Origin: an uncultured Gammaproteobacteria bacterium
Lineage (GTDB): Bacteria; Patescibacteriota; Patescibacteriia; UBA2591; UBA6264
Assembly (NCBI GenBank): GCA_964566895.1
Contig: CAZMJP010000002.1
Location: 1 to 43,359 of the forward strand
Reading direction: 5' to 3'
Length of the DNA stretch: 43,359 bases
Part shown: positions 7,936-17,193 of the stretch, piece after piece
Position numbering within the stretch: the first letter of the stretch is position 1
Layout: every line of letters begins with the position of its first letter
Program-made: the position numbers and the translations under genes
Notes under the pieces: generated by a model
Told to the model about the DNA's origin: nothing
Database searches by the model: none
The model's input: the letters and a program-made list of their open reading frames with translations, nothing else

Positions 7936-9969
7936 ATGTCTGATAATATCAACATCGGTCAAATTTGCGTTTCCAACCCAAAGAAATCAAATAAGTGCTC
8001 TTATCTTTATCTGGCCGAGCCGGAAAAAAAATTCCTGGAAAAATTCGGCCGGTTGGGTATTTTAATCAATTTGAACCTCAAACACAACATAGGAAACGAG
8101 GTCCTCTCCCAAGCCGAAGGATGGACGCAAAGTTTAACCGATTTCATCAAGGCCGACTTTTACAGCTCCACCAGACCAACCGACGACGCGGAAGGAGAAT
8201 TTGAAAACCTGCTGCAGAAAATCAATAACTGGCTTCAACAGCAAAAAATAAAAAGAAGCGATTTGTTTAAAAAAGACGTTTCCAGCCTTGATATTAACGT
8301 GATTGCTATCCTGGATAAAAACGTTTATTTTAGCCAAATTGGCGGTATCAAGACCTATTTAATCCCTGTATCTCCGAAAGACAAATCTAATAAGGCCGGA
8401 CAAGAATTAACCGAAGACCTCTCCTTTCCTTCGGAAACAAACGGAGAAATTTTTCCAAATGTAATCAGCGGAACGTTAGAAGACGACGGCGTTCTGCTCT
8501 TTGCCACAAAAAACTTATTTGACTATTTTCCTCTTAAAAAGATTTCTCAAATGTTAAAAGAACTGCCGGTTAAGCGAGCTGTCTCAGAAATAAAACAGCT
8601 TTTGCCAGACGAAATCAATCGAATTAATCTATTAACCTTAATCATCTCTAACCGCGACGAATCTTCATTATTCAGTCCGGATAAACCAATCCAGCCTGTT
8701 TTGAAAAAGCCGAGTAAAACCGGAATCCATTCGGCAGCGGAAAAAATAAAAACATCCCAGGAAGCGGAACCGCCCATAAAAAAAACATTCCTCAAAATAC
8801 CCTGCCGAGAGACAAAACCCAAAATTAATAAACAAAAAACACTCCTGATTATTTTAATCATTTTTGCTCTACTTTTCATTCAAAGTATAGTTTTTTTAAG
8901 CAAGCAAGAGCTAAAAGCCCGTCAAGATAAAAAATATACCCAGCTGGTTGAAGACTTGAAGAACAAGGAATCCGAATTATCTATTGCCCTAATTTATCCC
9001 GACTCGGATAAAAGTGAGAAACTGCTGGCTGAAATAAAACGATTATTAAATGAACTGCCTCAAAAAACCCAAGAGCAGAAAGAAAATTACCAACTTTTTT
9101 ATAATCGATATATTCAACAAATGAATAAACTTTATCACTTATTTGTTCTTGATAATCCTGAGCTCCTAATTGATTTAAAGCAAATTGATGAAAACATCGA
9201 AACCGGCGGACTAACCAATATTGGGGACAATTTTTATGTTTTTAATCCGGGAAACAATTATATTTATTTCCTCAATATCCAAACGAGAGAAACCAAAATG
9301 GTCAACAGGACATCGGTTAATGTCGGCCGGTTACGACAATTAGCCATTTTAGACGATGATAATCTAATCGGTTATGACCAAAATCAAGGCTTAGCCACTT
9401 TTAATACCATTGACAATAAATTAATCCCGCTAAAGATTAATCGTTCTCATAGCACAACCGGCATTGAAGACCTATTTGTTTACGGCCGTTACGTTTACCT
9501 CCTTGAGCCGACTAATAATCAAATCTATAAATATTCCAAAACCATTGACGGTTTTGGCAAAGAAGAAGCCTGGATTCAGGACGGGACAAACATCGTCGGC
9601 GCTTTATCCTTAACCATTGACGGCTCTGTCTATATTCTTAAAGGAAACGGGCAAATCCTTAAATTTTACAAAAACAAACAAGTAGAAGAATTTACTCCGG
9701 ACAGTATCCAGCCCGCTCTTTCTATCCAAGACCCAAACATTGTCAATGGCCGGGAAAAAACAAAAATATTTACCGACCCCGATAAAACATATCTTTATCT
9801 TTTGGACGGACAAACTAAAAGACTGATTATCTTAACTAAACAGGGTAAATTAGTTAAACAAATAACAAGCCCCCAATTTGAAGACCTGAAAGACTTTATT
9901 ATCAGCAAAAATGAAACTAGAGCCTGGCTTTTGGCCGGCACGAAAATATTTGAAATCCAGATAGAATAG
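7936..9969 (+). CDS. Single-pass membrane protein of unknown function: cytoplasmic N-domain, TM helix, coiled coil, C-terminal beta-propeller-like region
   Basis: The ATG at 7936 is preferred over the track start at 7795, which would overlap tsaB. The transmembrane segment is LLIILIIFALLFIQSIVFL. A K/E-rich helical stretch follows, then repeated strand-rich segments (YVFNPGNNYIYFLN, YVYLLEPTNNQIYKY, SVYILKGNGQILKF, YLYLLDGQTKRLIIL). Confidence 0.6.
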   Translation: MSDNINIGQICVSNPKKSNKCSYLYLAEPEKKFLEKFGRLGILINLNLKHNIGNEVLSQAEGWTQSLTDFIKADFYSSTRPTDDAEGEFENLLQKINNWLQQQKIKRSDLFKKDVSSLDINVIAILDKNVYFSQIGGIKTYLIPVSPKDKSNKAGQELTEDLSFPSETNGEIFPNVISGTLEDDGVLLFATKNLFDYFPLKKISQMLKELPVKRAVSEIKQLLPDEINRINLLTLIISNRDESSLFSPDKPIQPVLKKPSKTGIHSAAEKIKTSQEAEPPIKKTFLKIPCRETKPKINKQKTLLIILIIFALLFIQSIVFLSKQELKARQDKKYTQLVEDLKNKESELSIALIYPDSDKSEKLLAEIKRLLNELPQKTQEQKENYQLFYNRYIQQMNKLYHLFVLDNPELLIDLKQIDENIETGGLTNIGDNFYVFNPGNNYIYFLNIQTRETKMVNRTSVNVGRLRQLAILDDDNLIGYDQNQGLATFNTIDNKLIPLKINRSHSTTGIEDLFVYGRYVYLLEPTNNQIYKYSKTIDGFGKEEAWIQDGTNIVGALSLTIDGSVYILKGNGQILKFYKNKQVEEFTPDSIQPALSIQDPNIVNGREKTKIFTDPDKTYLYLLDGQTKRLIILTKQGKLVKQITSPQFEDLKDFIISKNETRAWLLAGTKIFEIQIE

Positions 9970-9982
9970 GGTTGCTAAAATA

Positions 9983-10011
9983 AAAGGGGCTTTAGCAAAA
10001 ACAGCCCCTTT
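9983..10011. terminator. Bidirectional terminator between the convergent 7936-9969 gene and rplL
   Basis: Hairpin AAAGGGGC...GCCCCTTT with T-runs on both strands (minus strand reads AAGGGGCTGTTTTTGCTAAAGCCCCTTTTATTTT). Confidence 0.65.
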
Positions 10012-10072
10012 GAAGCTACTCAGAAGAGGATTTTCTCACCGGTTTTAGGTCCTTAATAACCGGCTTTTTATT

Positions 10073-10501
10073 TTATTTCAAAGTTACAGTAGCTCCGGCT
10101 TCCTCTAATTTCTTTTTCATATTCTCCGCTTCCTCTTTATTCACCCCCTCCTTAACCACTTTCGGCGCCGCGTCAACGAGGTCTTTGGCTTCTTTAAGCC
10201 CGATTGGGGTGAATTCTCTGATTGCTTTAATTACCGAAATTTTATTTCCGCCGGCATTGGTAATCTCAACATTAAAAGTAGTCTGTTCTTCTTTGGGCTC
10301 GCCCCCTTGTTCAGTTGCTGGCGCAGCTGTTACTGCCGCCGGCGCCTGAGCCGAAACGCCAAACCTCCGTTCTAAAACATCAACTAATTCAGCCAAATCC
10401 ATAACGCTCATTTTTTCTATTTCTTCTATCAAATCCTTGAATTTAGCCGGGACTTCTATTTCTTTTTGTTTTTCGTCTTTATTTTGAACTTCTTTTGTCA
10501 T
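10073..10501 (-). CDS. rplL: 50S ribosomal protein L7/L12
   Basis: N-terminal dimerisation helix ([19 protein letters not shown]), Ala/Pro hinge and a C-terminal domain ([20 protein letters not shown]...[11 protein letters not shown]). Confidence 0.95.
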   Translation of the reverse strand: MTKEVQNKDEKQKEIEVPAKFKDLIEEIEKMSVMDLAELVDVLERRFGVSAQAPAAVTAAPATEQGGEPKEEQTTFNVEITNAGGNKISVIKAIREFTPIGLKEAKDLVDAAPKVVKEGVNKEEAENMKKKLEEAGATVTLK

Positions 10502-10521
10502 AATAATATTTTTCAGGTTAA

Positions 10522-11049
10522 TTAGGTTAATTTTGAATGTTTTCTAATTGCTCTCAGGACGAATAGTAAGCCCCTTATATTCCCGCTCAAAACATAAACT
10601 AAGTTATTCAAAGGTGCTTTAATAGCGCCGACTATCTTAGCTGTTAATTCTCGTCTGCCCGGTAATGTCGCCAATGCCCTAACTATATCCGCTTCAACAA
10701 ACTCGGCGTTAAAAATGCCGCCTTGAATGGCTAATTGCTGATGAGTTTTGACAAACTGTTCTACTATTTTACTCAGTTCGGTTTCCTCGCTAGGACCGTA
10801 AGCCAAACCAATCCCGCCTTTAATTTTATCTAAGTCAACCTTAAATCCGGCATTGACCAAAGCCAACTTTAAAAGCGTCTTTTTAGCAGTTAAATACAGA
10901 CATTTTTTCTCCCTTAATATCTTCTTTAATTTATCAATCTCTTTCACCGATAAGCCGTAATAATCAACGAAAATTAAACTCTTCGCTTTCTTTAACTCTT
11001 GCTCCAACGTCTTAACGATTTCCCGTTTTTGTTCTTTTGTTTTCGCCAT
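10522..11049 (-). CDS. rplJ: 50S ribosomal protein L10
   Basis: 175 aa lying immediately upstream of rplL. The N-terminus is typical of L10 (KEQKREIV...[17 protein letters not shown]). Confidence 0.92.
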   Translation of the reverse strand: MAKTKEQKREIVKTLEQELKKAKSLIFVDYYGLSVKEIDKLKKILREKKCLYLTAKKTLLKLALVNAGFKVDLDKIKGGIGLAYGPSEETELSKIVEQFVKTHQQLAIQGGIFNAEFVEADIVRALATLPGRRELTAKIVGAIKAPLNNLVYVLSGNIRGLLFVLRAIRKHSKLT

Positions 11050-11199
11050 AATATCCTCAAAAACATTTTAATAAAAAACTGCGAATCGCCGCAGACTTCG
11101 TTTAATATTGATTGCTAAGCTTGCCTTGGCAGGCTCTTCCGCCGAGAGCGGAAAATTAAGTTCTTTTAAAAACGCCTGCTGTCTACGGCTATAAATAAG
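11050..11199 (-). promoter_or_regulatory. Structured 5' leader of rplJL (possible L10-leader-type autoregulatory element)
   Basis: About 150 nt lie between the consensus promoter and the rplJ ATG. The minus-strand leader contains hairpins including CCGCTCTCGGCGG and CTGCGGCGATTCGCAG. Assignment to the L10 leader family was not verified. Confidence 0.35.
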
Positions 11200-11227
11200 A
11201 TTATAAATAACTTGATAAATTTGTCAA
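11200..11227 (-). promoter_or_regulatory. Consensus sigma70-type promoter for rplJL
   Basis: Minus strand reads TTGACA (11227-11222), a 16-nt spacer, then TATAAT (11205-11200). Confidence 0.7.
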
Positions 11228-11263
11228 CCCCGGGGGCGGGTTATCTAACGAAGTCAAACTATC

Positions 11264-11965
11264 TTATCCCCAAATAATAGTTCCTTTAAATTTTCTGTTT
11301 TTCAGACAATTCTCCAAATTTTTTATTTTTCTCCCGTTCAAAATAATCACTTTTAACTTAAGCCTCTGGGCCAATTTGCTTGCTGTTATATCAAAGGGGG
11401 CGGATTTCCCTGGCTGCCATTTAGCGCCGATAATTCTAAAAAAATCTTTCCAATTAATTTGTTTTAAGGGTTTGGCATCGAGATATTTAGCCGGGTCCTT
11501 ATCGCAGACAAAATTAATATCAGTTAAATTGACAATTGTCCCCACCCCTAAATTATTAGCCCAGAGGACCGCATCTTTATCGGATGAGCAACCCGGTTTC
11601 CACCCGGAAGCGATAATGAGTTTCTTATTGGTCTTAACTTTTGTTTTTGGGTTAAAAATAACTCGAGGATAAGCATATTTAGAAAAAATCACCCTCAATA
11701 ATTCGGCGTTCAATTTGGTCACCGCAATACCTAACCAATCCAAATCTACATTTTTGACCTTGGCGATTTTTTTTGCCCCTTTATTATACTGACGGCAGAC
11801 TCCCCCTCCGCCAGTGATAATAACAATCTTATAGCCCTGATTTAAAAGCTTTAGAATTAAAACTCTAAATCTTCTCAAAAAATTAACGGCCATTTTTGCT
11901 TGGGGAACAATTAAAGACCCACCCAGGGAAAGAATAAAAATTTTCCTCTTAGACAGTAATCTCAT
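11264..11965 (-). CDS. pyrH: UMP kinase, archaeal-type (amino-acid kinase fold)
   Basis: N-terminus KIFILSLGGSLIVP and glycine motif VIITGGGGVCRQY. The roughly 233-aa length and layout match archaeal-type PyrH rather than the bacterial KRILLKLSGE type. Start is taken at the ATG at 11965. Confidence 0.6.
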   Translation of the reverse strand: MRLLSKRKIFILSLGGSLIVPQAKMAVNFLRRFRVLILKLLNQGYKIVIITGGGGVCRQYNKGAKKIAKVKNVDLDWLGIAVTKLNAELLRVIFSKYAYPRVIFNPKTKVKTNKKLIIASGWKPGCSSDKDAVLWANNLGVGTIVNLTDINFVCDKDPAKYLDAKPLKQINWKDFFRIIGAKWQPGKSAPFDITASKLAQRLKLKVIILNGRKIKNLENCLKNRKFKGTIIWG

Positions 11966-11992
11966 AAAAAATAAAATGTTCTGAAGACACAA

Positions 11993-12025
11993 ATATCTCC
12001 GAATAAACCCGGGTGATTCGGATAT
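11993..12025 (-). terminator. Intrinsic terminator after the major pilin gene
   Basis: Minus strand reads ATATCCGAAT-CACCCGGGTTT-ATTCGGAGATAT followed by TTGTGTCTT. Confidence 0.5.
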
Positions 12026-12055
12026 TCAAGACAAACTTTTTATTTTTTTCTCGCC

Positions 12056-12562
12056 TTATCTAGCTACCCAAATTTCAGTTGTATTCTCAGACTCGCAAGC
12101 TCTAACTGTAATAATACCAGTGCTTGAACGTTGAAGGGTATAACCAGTCATACCCGCCGTCCAAGTACCAGCGCCATTCGGACTGATTGCCACATCGCCC
12201 AAATATCCCTCAGTAACCAACCCGGCCAAATTAACACAACTCGTATCGTCCTCAACAGCGGTATCACAACTTGCGTTCTGGTCGTCACAGCCCTCCGCCA
12301 CATCTCCGTTGGTAATCATATAGACATTCCCGGCGTCCATATTGGCAATTGCCGTCAAATAAGAACCGTTATTGTCAATCTGGTCTACTTTAATGGCGTT
12401 CAAGATTTCCGTTATATCAGCCCAGCGGTGTGAATCTCGGGCATCTTTAAATCTGGTTAAGGGGTCAAGAGCGACAAAAACCACCGCTGCCAAAATAGCA
12501 ATCACGGCAATAACGATTAAAAGCTCGATAAGGGTAAAACCTCTGTTTTTTGTTTTCAACAT
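12056..12562 (-). CDS. Type IV pilin, probable major subunit
   Basis: Prepilin leader and methylation motif KNRGFTLIELLIVIAVIAILAAV. The 168-aa protein has Cys pairs in its C-terminal half and is followed by its own terminator. Confidence 0.88.
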   Translation of the reverse strand: MLKTKNRGFTLIELLIVIAVIAILAAVVFVALDPLTRFKDARDSHRWADITEILNAIKVDQIDNNGSYLTAIANMDAGNVYMITNGDVAEGCDDQNASCDTAVEDDTSCVNLAGLVTEGYLGDVAISPNGAGTWTAGMTGYTLQRSSTGIITVRACESENTTEIWVAR

Positions 12563-12584
12563 AATAAATTATATATTTATTTTA

Positions 12585-14699
12585 TTATTGATTACCAGCG
12601 GTTTTTACAGCATAATCTGAAAAAACCCAACCCTGAGTCTCTTTATCTACCTCTATTTTATACCATCCGTCCTGTTCTTGCAAGAGTGGATAATTCTCTC
12701 CCGGATAAGCCCTGCCTATTTTAGAATAATTAGTCCCCGGTCCCGACCTGATATTTAACCAGCCAACCTCCGTGTCTTGAATCGTTACTAATTCTTTTTT
12801 CTCTGATTCTCCCGTTTCTTTTTCTAAAACCTGCTCTTCCACCTGTTCTACCTCCTCTTTTTGTCTTTTTTCTACTTCTCCTCCGGACTCCGCCTCCTCT
12901 TCTTCTTTAATTTCAATTAACTGATTGATAGAAACCGTTACTTTACCAAAAAGAAAATACATGTCTTTATCGTCGCTAGGTTCCAAATCGGTCTTAATAA
13001 TGTTATTTAAAGCATAATCAACGTTATTTTTATTTAATTTGTCCACTTCTCCCAAGAGTATCTTATTAGCGTCCCCCTCCGAATAAACAAGCCACTTAAT
13101 AATAAGGGGAAAGATAAGTTCTTTCGGTTCCGGACTTATCGGTTCTTCCCATAAAACTTCTCCCGGTTGCAGTTCTTTCCCGGCTAAAATTTTTGAATTT
13201 GCCCGGGCTTCATTATAATCACCGGCTCCCTTAATGGTGTTCTCAATTATCCGCCCCCTGACTCTGTCGCTGGTATATTCTTCCGCCTTAACAACCACCG
13301 GAACTCTCAAATCAAAAATTTGTATTTGGCTGTATTGGCTGACCATAGATTCTATCTCTCGTTTTTTTTGTTCCTTCTCGTGCCTTCGATAAGTGAGGGC
13401 TAAGCTAAAACCGACTATACCTAAAATGAGGATAATAATCAACAACGCCTTTTGCAAACGAATTTTCTTTTTTCTAAGACCATCCTCTTCTGGTCGATAC
13501 GTTTTTAAATTTTCCTTCTCCCCGCTCCCCTCCTCCGTCATCGGAGTTTCTACCTTTGCGATTTCCGACTCCTCGCTCCTTAAACTTCCCGATTTTTCCA
13601 CCAGTTTTATAACCGGATGATCCTTATCCCACTTCCTCTTGTTTAAATCGCGTAAAGCCAATCCAATAGCTTCAATGTATAAAAACGGCTTTACTTTTTT
13701 AAACGCGTCAACATCTAAAGATGACTCTCCAAGCCGGACCGGTAAATCAACTTTACCCCTAAAATACTCAAGCAAACCCCTTAACCGACTGGACCCACCA
13801 ACTAAAATAATTTCGCTGACCTTTTTATTCGCCTTGTTTTCAAAATATCTAAATAATCGGATTATTTCTTCTACCACCGGCTCTAATACCTTTGTCAAAA
13901 TGTTTCCCACTGCTTTTGTCCCGGAAGCGGTCGGAGGCAATAAACCATTCTCTATTTTTAGTTCTTCCGCTTGTTCCTGTTTAACCTTTAATTCCTCAGC
14001 AATTTTCTGAGTTAATAAATTACCGGCTAAATTAATTGAATAAGAATAACGCAAATCATTCCTATCAAAAATAGCCACAGTCGTGGTAACCGCGCCCATA
14101 TCAATAATACAGATCGGCTCTTTCGGAGGTTTAACAAATAATCCCCTAAACACAGCCAGGGTTTCAATATCAAAAAACTCTATCTCTATTTTCAAATCTT
14201 GAAAAAACTTTTGCCATTCTGAAACCGCTTCACGACTGACCGCTACGGCCAAAATTTCCACCTTAATTCTTCTTTGATCTAAAACTACGGCCTTTAATAT
14301 CTTATAATTAAATAGGATGTCTTCTTTTTTCAGTGGAATGCTCTCTTGCACTTCTTTTAAAATCAACTTGTCTCTAATACTAGTCAGAGTCTCAGCCACG
14401 CTTTTATCTTTGATAATTAAATCAAAAACATGCGTATAAACCTGGCTCTCGGGTAGTCCAAAGACGAGCCTCTTGGCTATAATTCGTTTAGGCTCGGCTT
14501 TTAAAAAAGTTTGTCTCACTGCTTCAGTTAGTTTTTCTTGGTTTTTAATTCTCCCTCTCTCAACAATACCAGGCTCTAACTTAATTCTGCCAACATTCAA
14601 AATCTTTGTTTTTCCGGCCTTACTTACTAATTCCACCGCCTCAATGGTGTGGTCGGCAATATCCAAACCAATAGATTTTTTTTGGAATAAATTCAACAT
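12585..14699 (-). CDS. pilM: Type IV pilus assembly protein PilM fused to a PilN-like membrane segment and a C-terminal SH3b domain
   Basis: N-terminal actin-like ATPase of PilM type (GLDIADHTIEAVEL..., IIDMGAVTTTVAIF, ILVGGSSRL). A transmembrane helix (ALLIIILILGIVGFSLALTY) and an extracytoplasmic domain follow. The protein ends in an acidic linker and an SH3b-like region (GWLNIRSGPGTNYSKIGRAYPGENYPLLQEQDGWYKIE). Confidence 0.8.
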   Translation of the reverse strand: MLNLFQKKSIGLDIADHTIEAVELVSKAGKTKILNVGRIKLEPGIVERGRIKNQEKLTEAVRQTFLKAEPKRIIAKRLVFGLPESQVYTHVFDLIIKDKSVAETLTSIRDKLILKEVQESIPLKKEDILFNYKILKAVVLDQRRIKVEILAVAVSREAVSEWQKFFQDLKIEIEFFDIETLAVFRGLFVKPPKEPICIIDMGAVTTTVAIFDRNDLRYSYSINLAGNLLTQKIAEELKVKQEQAEELKIENGLLPPTASGTKAVGNILTKVLEPVVEEIIRLFRYFENKANKKVSEIILVGGSSRLRGLLEYFRGKVDLPVRLGESSLDVDAFKKVKPFLYIEAIGLALRDLNKRKWDKDHPVIKLVEKSGSLRSEESEIAKVETPMTEEGSGEKENLKTYRPEEDGLRKKKIRLQKALLIIILILGIVGFSLALTYRRHEKEQKKREIESMVSQYSQIQIFDLRVPVVVKAEEYTSDRVRGRIIENTIKGAGDYNEARANSKILAGKELQPGEVLWEEPISPEPKELIFPLIIKWLVYSEGDANKILLGEVDKLNKNNVDYALNNIIKTDLEPSDDKDMYFLFGKVTVSINQLIEIKEEEEAESGGEVEKRQKEEVEQVEEQVLEKETGESEKKELVTIQDTEVGWLNIRSGPGTNYSKIGRAYPGENYPLLQEQDGWYKIEVDKETQGWVFSDYAVKTAGNQ

Positions 14700-14777
14700 A
14701 ATAAAACATTAGCGCTGAAATATCAGTTAAAAACTAACCCGCCTCTAGCGGAAAGAATAAGATGAAAATATCAAAAT

Positions 14778-16064
14778 TTATTTTTCTTCACCAGTCATTG
14801 GCAGGCTGACATAAAATGTCGACCCTTTATTTTCTTCTGATTCAAACCAAATCTTTCCATTTAAGACTTTCATAATCATCTTGGCAATATAAAGACCAAG
14901 TCCTGCTCCTTCAGTTTCTATTTTTTTAGCATTATCCGCTCGGAAAAATTTTTCAAAAATACTCGGCTTTGCTTTTTCCGGTATGCCAATACCGCTATCT
15001 CTAACGCTAATTAAATATTCTTCATTATTCTTTTGCTCCAATTTAACTAAAATATCGCACTCCCTTTCCGGCGAGTATCGAATGGCGTTAGTCAATAAAT
15101 TATGGAGGACCTGTCGGATTAAATCCGAGTCAATCAAAATTTTAGACAATTTAGTCTCAGGTCTTTGAAAAACTAAACAACATTTTCTAATCCCAGCCAA
15201 AGGACTGACTTCATTAATAACGTTCTGAATAAGATTTTCAAATTGAACCAATTGCAACCTAACCTCCAATTTGCCTGTTTCAAGGCGAGAAACATTAAGA
15301 AAATCGTCAACCAATTGAGTTACCCGTTTAGCCGAATAATAAATATTATCCAGATATTCTCCGTATTTATCACTTAAACTGCCTATTTTCTCATTGCGAA
15401 GCATTTCAGTAAATAAACGAATAGAAGTTATCGGGGTCCGAAGTTGATGAGAGGTAATAGAAATAAACTCATCTTTCATTTCCTCGGCTTTTTTTTGTTT
15501 GACTGACAAAACCCCGCTTAAAAACGCCACCCCAAAAAAAATGAGTATCCGATTCAAAAGAACGGAAAAAGCAATATAAACATTATCCTGCCATTCTAAG
15601 ACCTGGGCCCCAATCTTAGAAATATGGGGAATAAACTCATAGACCTCCAAAAGCGTTAAACCTAGATAAGCAACGCTGGAAAAAATAGCTATCCCCATAC
15701 CGGCATTTAGAGAAAATAATATAGCCAAAGTAGTAATCGGAATAAGATACAGAAAACTAAAAATACTGGAAAATCCTCCCGTATAATAAACAATCAAAGT
15801 GATTAAACAAACTTCGCCGACTGGCCATAACCAAACCGCCAGTTTAAGCAACTTGCCCCTTTTAACAAAACAGCTGAAAAATAAGTTCAGTCCAACCATA
15901 GCTATCAGAGAATAAAAGACTGTTTGCCAGGGGAAAACAATCCCAGTCGGAATATAAAACAATAAGACGATTAAAGAGGAAACTATGGTCAACCAGGATA
16001 CTTTAGCTCGTCGGCCTAAATTTATTATCAAATTATTTTGTTGGATTTTTTGTTTTTCTTGCAT
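14778..16064 (-). CDS. Membrane sensor histidine kinase (PilS-like topology)
   Basis: About six N-terminal transmembrane helices, an H-box (ITSHQLRTPITSI), an N-box (LLTNAIRYS) and G-boxes (DSGIGI, GAGLGLYI). Confidence 0.88.
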   Translation of the reverse strand: MQEKQKIQQNNLIINLGRRAKVSWLTIVSSLIVLLFYIPTGIVFPWQTVFYSLIAMVGLNLFFSCFVKRGKLLKLAVWLWPVGEVCLITLIVYYTGGFSSIFSFLYLIPITTLAILFSLNAGMGIAIFSSVAYLGLTLLEVYEFIPHISKIGAQVLEWQDNVYIAFSVLLNRILIFFGVAFLSGVLSVKQKKAEEMKDEFISITSHQLRTPITSIRLFTEMLRNEKIGSLSDKYGEYLDNIYYSAKRVTQLVDDFLNVSRLETGKLEVRLQLVQFENLIQNVINEVSPLAGIRKCCLVFQRPETKLSKILIDSDLIRQVLHNLLTNAIRYSPERECDILVKLEQKNNEEYLISVRDSGIGIPEKAKPSIFEKFFRADNAKKIETEGAGLGLYIAKMIMKVLNGKIWFESEENKGSTFYVSLPMTGEEK

Positions 16065-16172
16065 TTTTCGCTCAGTAATAATGCGCTTCCTAAATTAGAA
16101 ACACATCATCTTAATCGTTTAATTATCCCAATCCCGGCAAGTATCTCCCCGTTGCCGGGAGAAAGGTCACCC

Positions 16173-16607
16173 TTACTCCTCCTCCCAGTTATCTAAACTA
16201 ATAACATTATCCGTCAAGGTCAAGTCCGCTTGTATCCTCTTATAATACTCGTTGTTTACCGACCCAACAAGATTAATCCTTCTTTGGCCGCCTCCTAAAT
16301 CCGATACTTGTATTATACACGAACTGTTATCAAGTGTTAAGTTTATTTCTCCTTGCCCGACTCCATAATCAGTCTTAAGACGAATCTGACGCAAAACCTC
16401 TTCCAGGCATCCATCAGCTGTTGATAAAGTTTCCATTCCTTTTTGAGAAGTATAACCTAAATCTAACTCGCCCAACCCCAATATTGAGGCGCTATAAGCC
16501 ATAATCAAAACCGCCGCTCCGACAATAATAACAGTCATCAACGCCGCAACAGCGGACTGAGAATTTGTGATTTGTGATTTATGATTTGTAATTTCTTTAA
16601 TTCGCAT
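16173..16607 (-). CDS. PilX-like minor pilin / pilus assembly protein
   Basis: The hydrophobic N-terminal helix SAVAALMTVIIVGAAVLIMAYS is followed by a small globular domain. It sits within the minor-pilin gene set. Confidence 0.5.
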   Translation of the reverse strand: MRIKEITNHKSQITNSQSAVAALMTVIIVGAAVLIMAYSASILGLGELDLGYTSQKGMETLSTADGCLEEVLRQIRLKTDYGVGQGEINLTLDNSSCIIQVSDLGGGQRRINLVGSVNNEYYKRIQADLTLTDNVISLDNWEEE

Positions 16608-16637
16608 CCAAATTTTAAATCTTAATTTTAAATTACG

Positions 16638-17174
16638 TTACTGCCTCAAGCTCACCGCCGTTCGCAAATTATATGAATATCCGTACCCCGCCCCTCCGGA
16701 ATCGTCATTATACCTAACCGTCATCTCAATTCTGATATTCTCTCGGTTAGCCGCTAAAGGAGTAAGATTAGTAAAAACTAAATTAACAACCTTAACTTTA
16801 TTGTTGGTTATAACTACCGGGTCGTCTGTTCCTCGTCTAATCTGCAAAAAACCGTCATCAGAATCTAAATCAATAATCGTTGGATTTTCCTCGCTATTAG
16901 CCATAATCAGAGACAAAACCCCCGGGTCGCTGTCAAAAGTAGAGGATTCGATATTAACGCCGGTCGCGGCCCGTATCTCCCGACTTATCAAATCTAAGGC
17001 GGTCCGGGCATTCGCTTGAACCTCTTGAATAACATAAGCCTTGTTTCGCGTTTTGGAAATAGAGATGCTAAAACCGACAAAAGCAACCACCAGTATGGAA
17101 ATAATAGTAAGATAAACTAATGTTTCAATAAGCGTAAACCCAACTTTTGATTTACTTGATTGAATCTTAACCAT
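16638..17174 (-). CDS. Minor pilin with prepilin-type N-terminal cleavage/methylation domain (PilW-like position)
   Basis: KVGFTLIETLVYLTIISILVVAF motif. Start is taken at the ATG at 17174; the track start at 17180 is a TTG. Confidence 0.8.
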   Translation of the reverse strand: MVKIQSSKSKVGFTLIETLVYLTIISILVVAFVGFSISISKTRNKAYVIQEVQANARTALDLISREIRAATGVNIESSTFDSDPGVLSLIMANSEENPTIIDLDSDDGFLQIRRGTDDPVVITNNKVKVVNLVFTNLTPLAANRENIRIEMTVRYNDDSGGAGYGYSYNLRTAVSLRQ

Positions 17175-17193
17175 TGACAATTGAAAGATTAGA

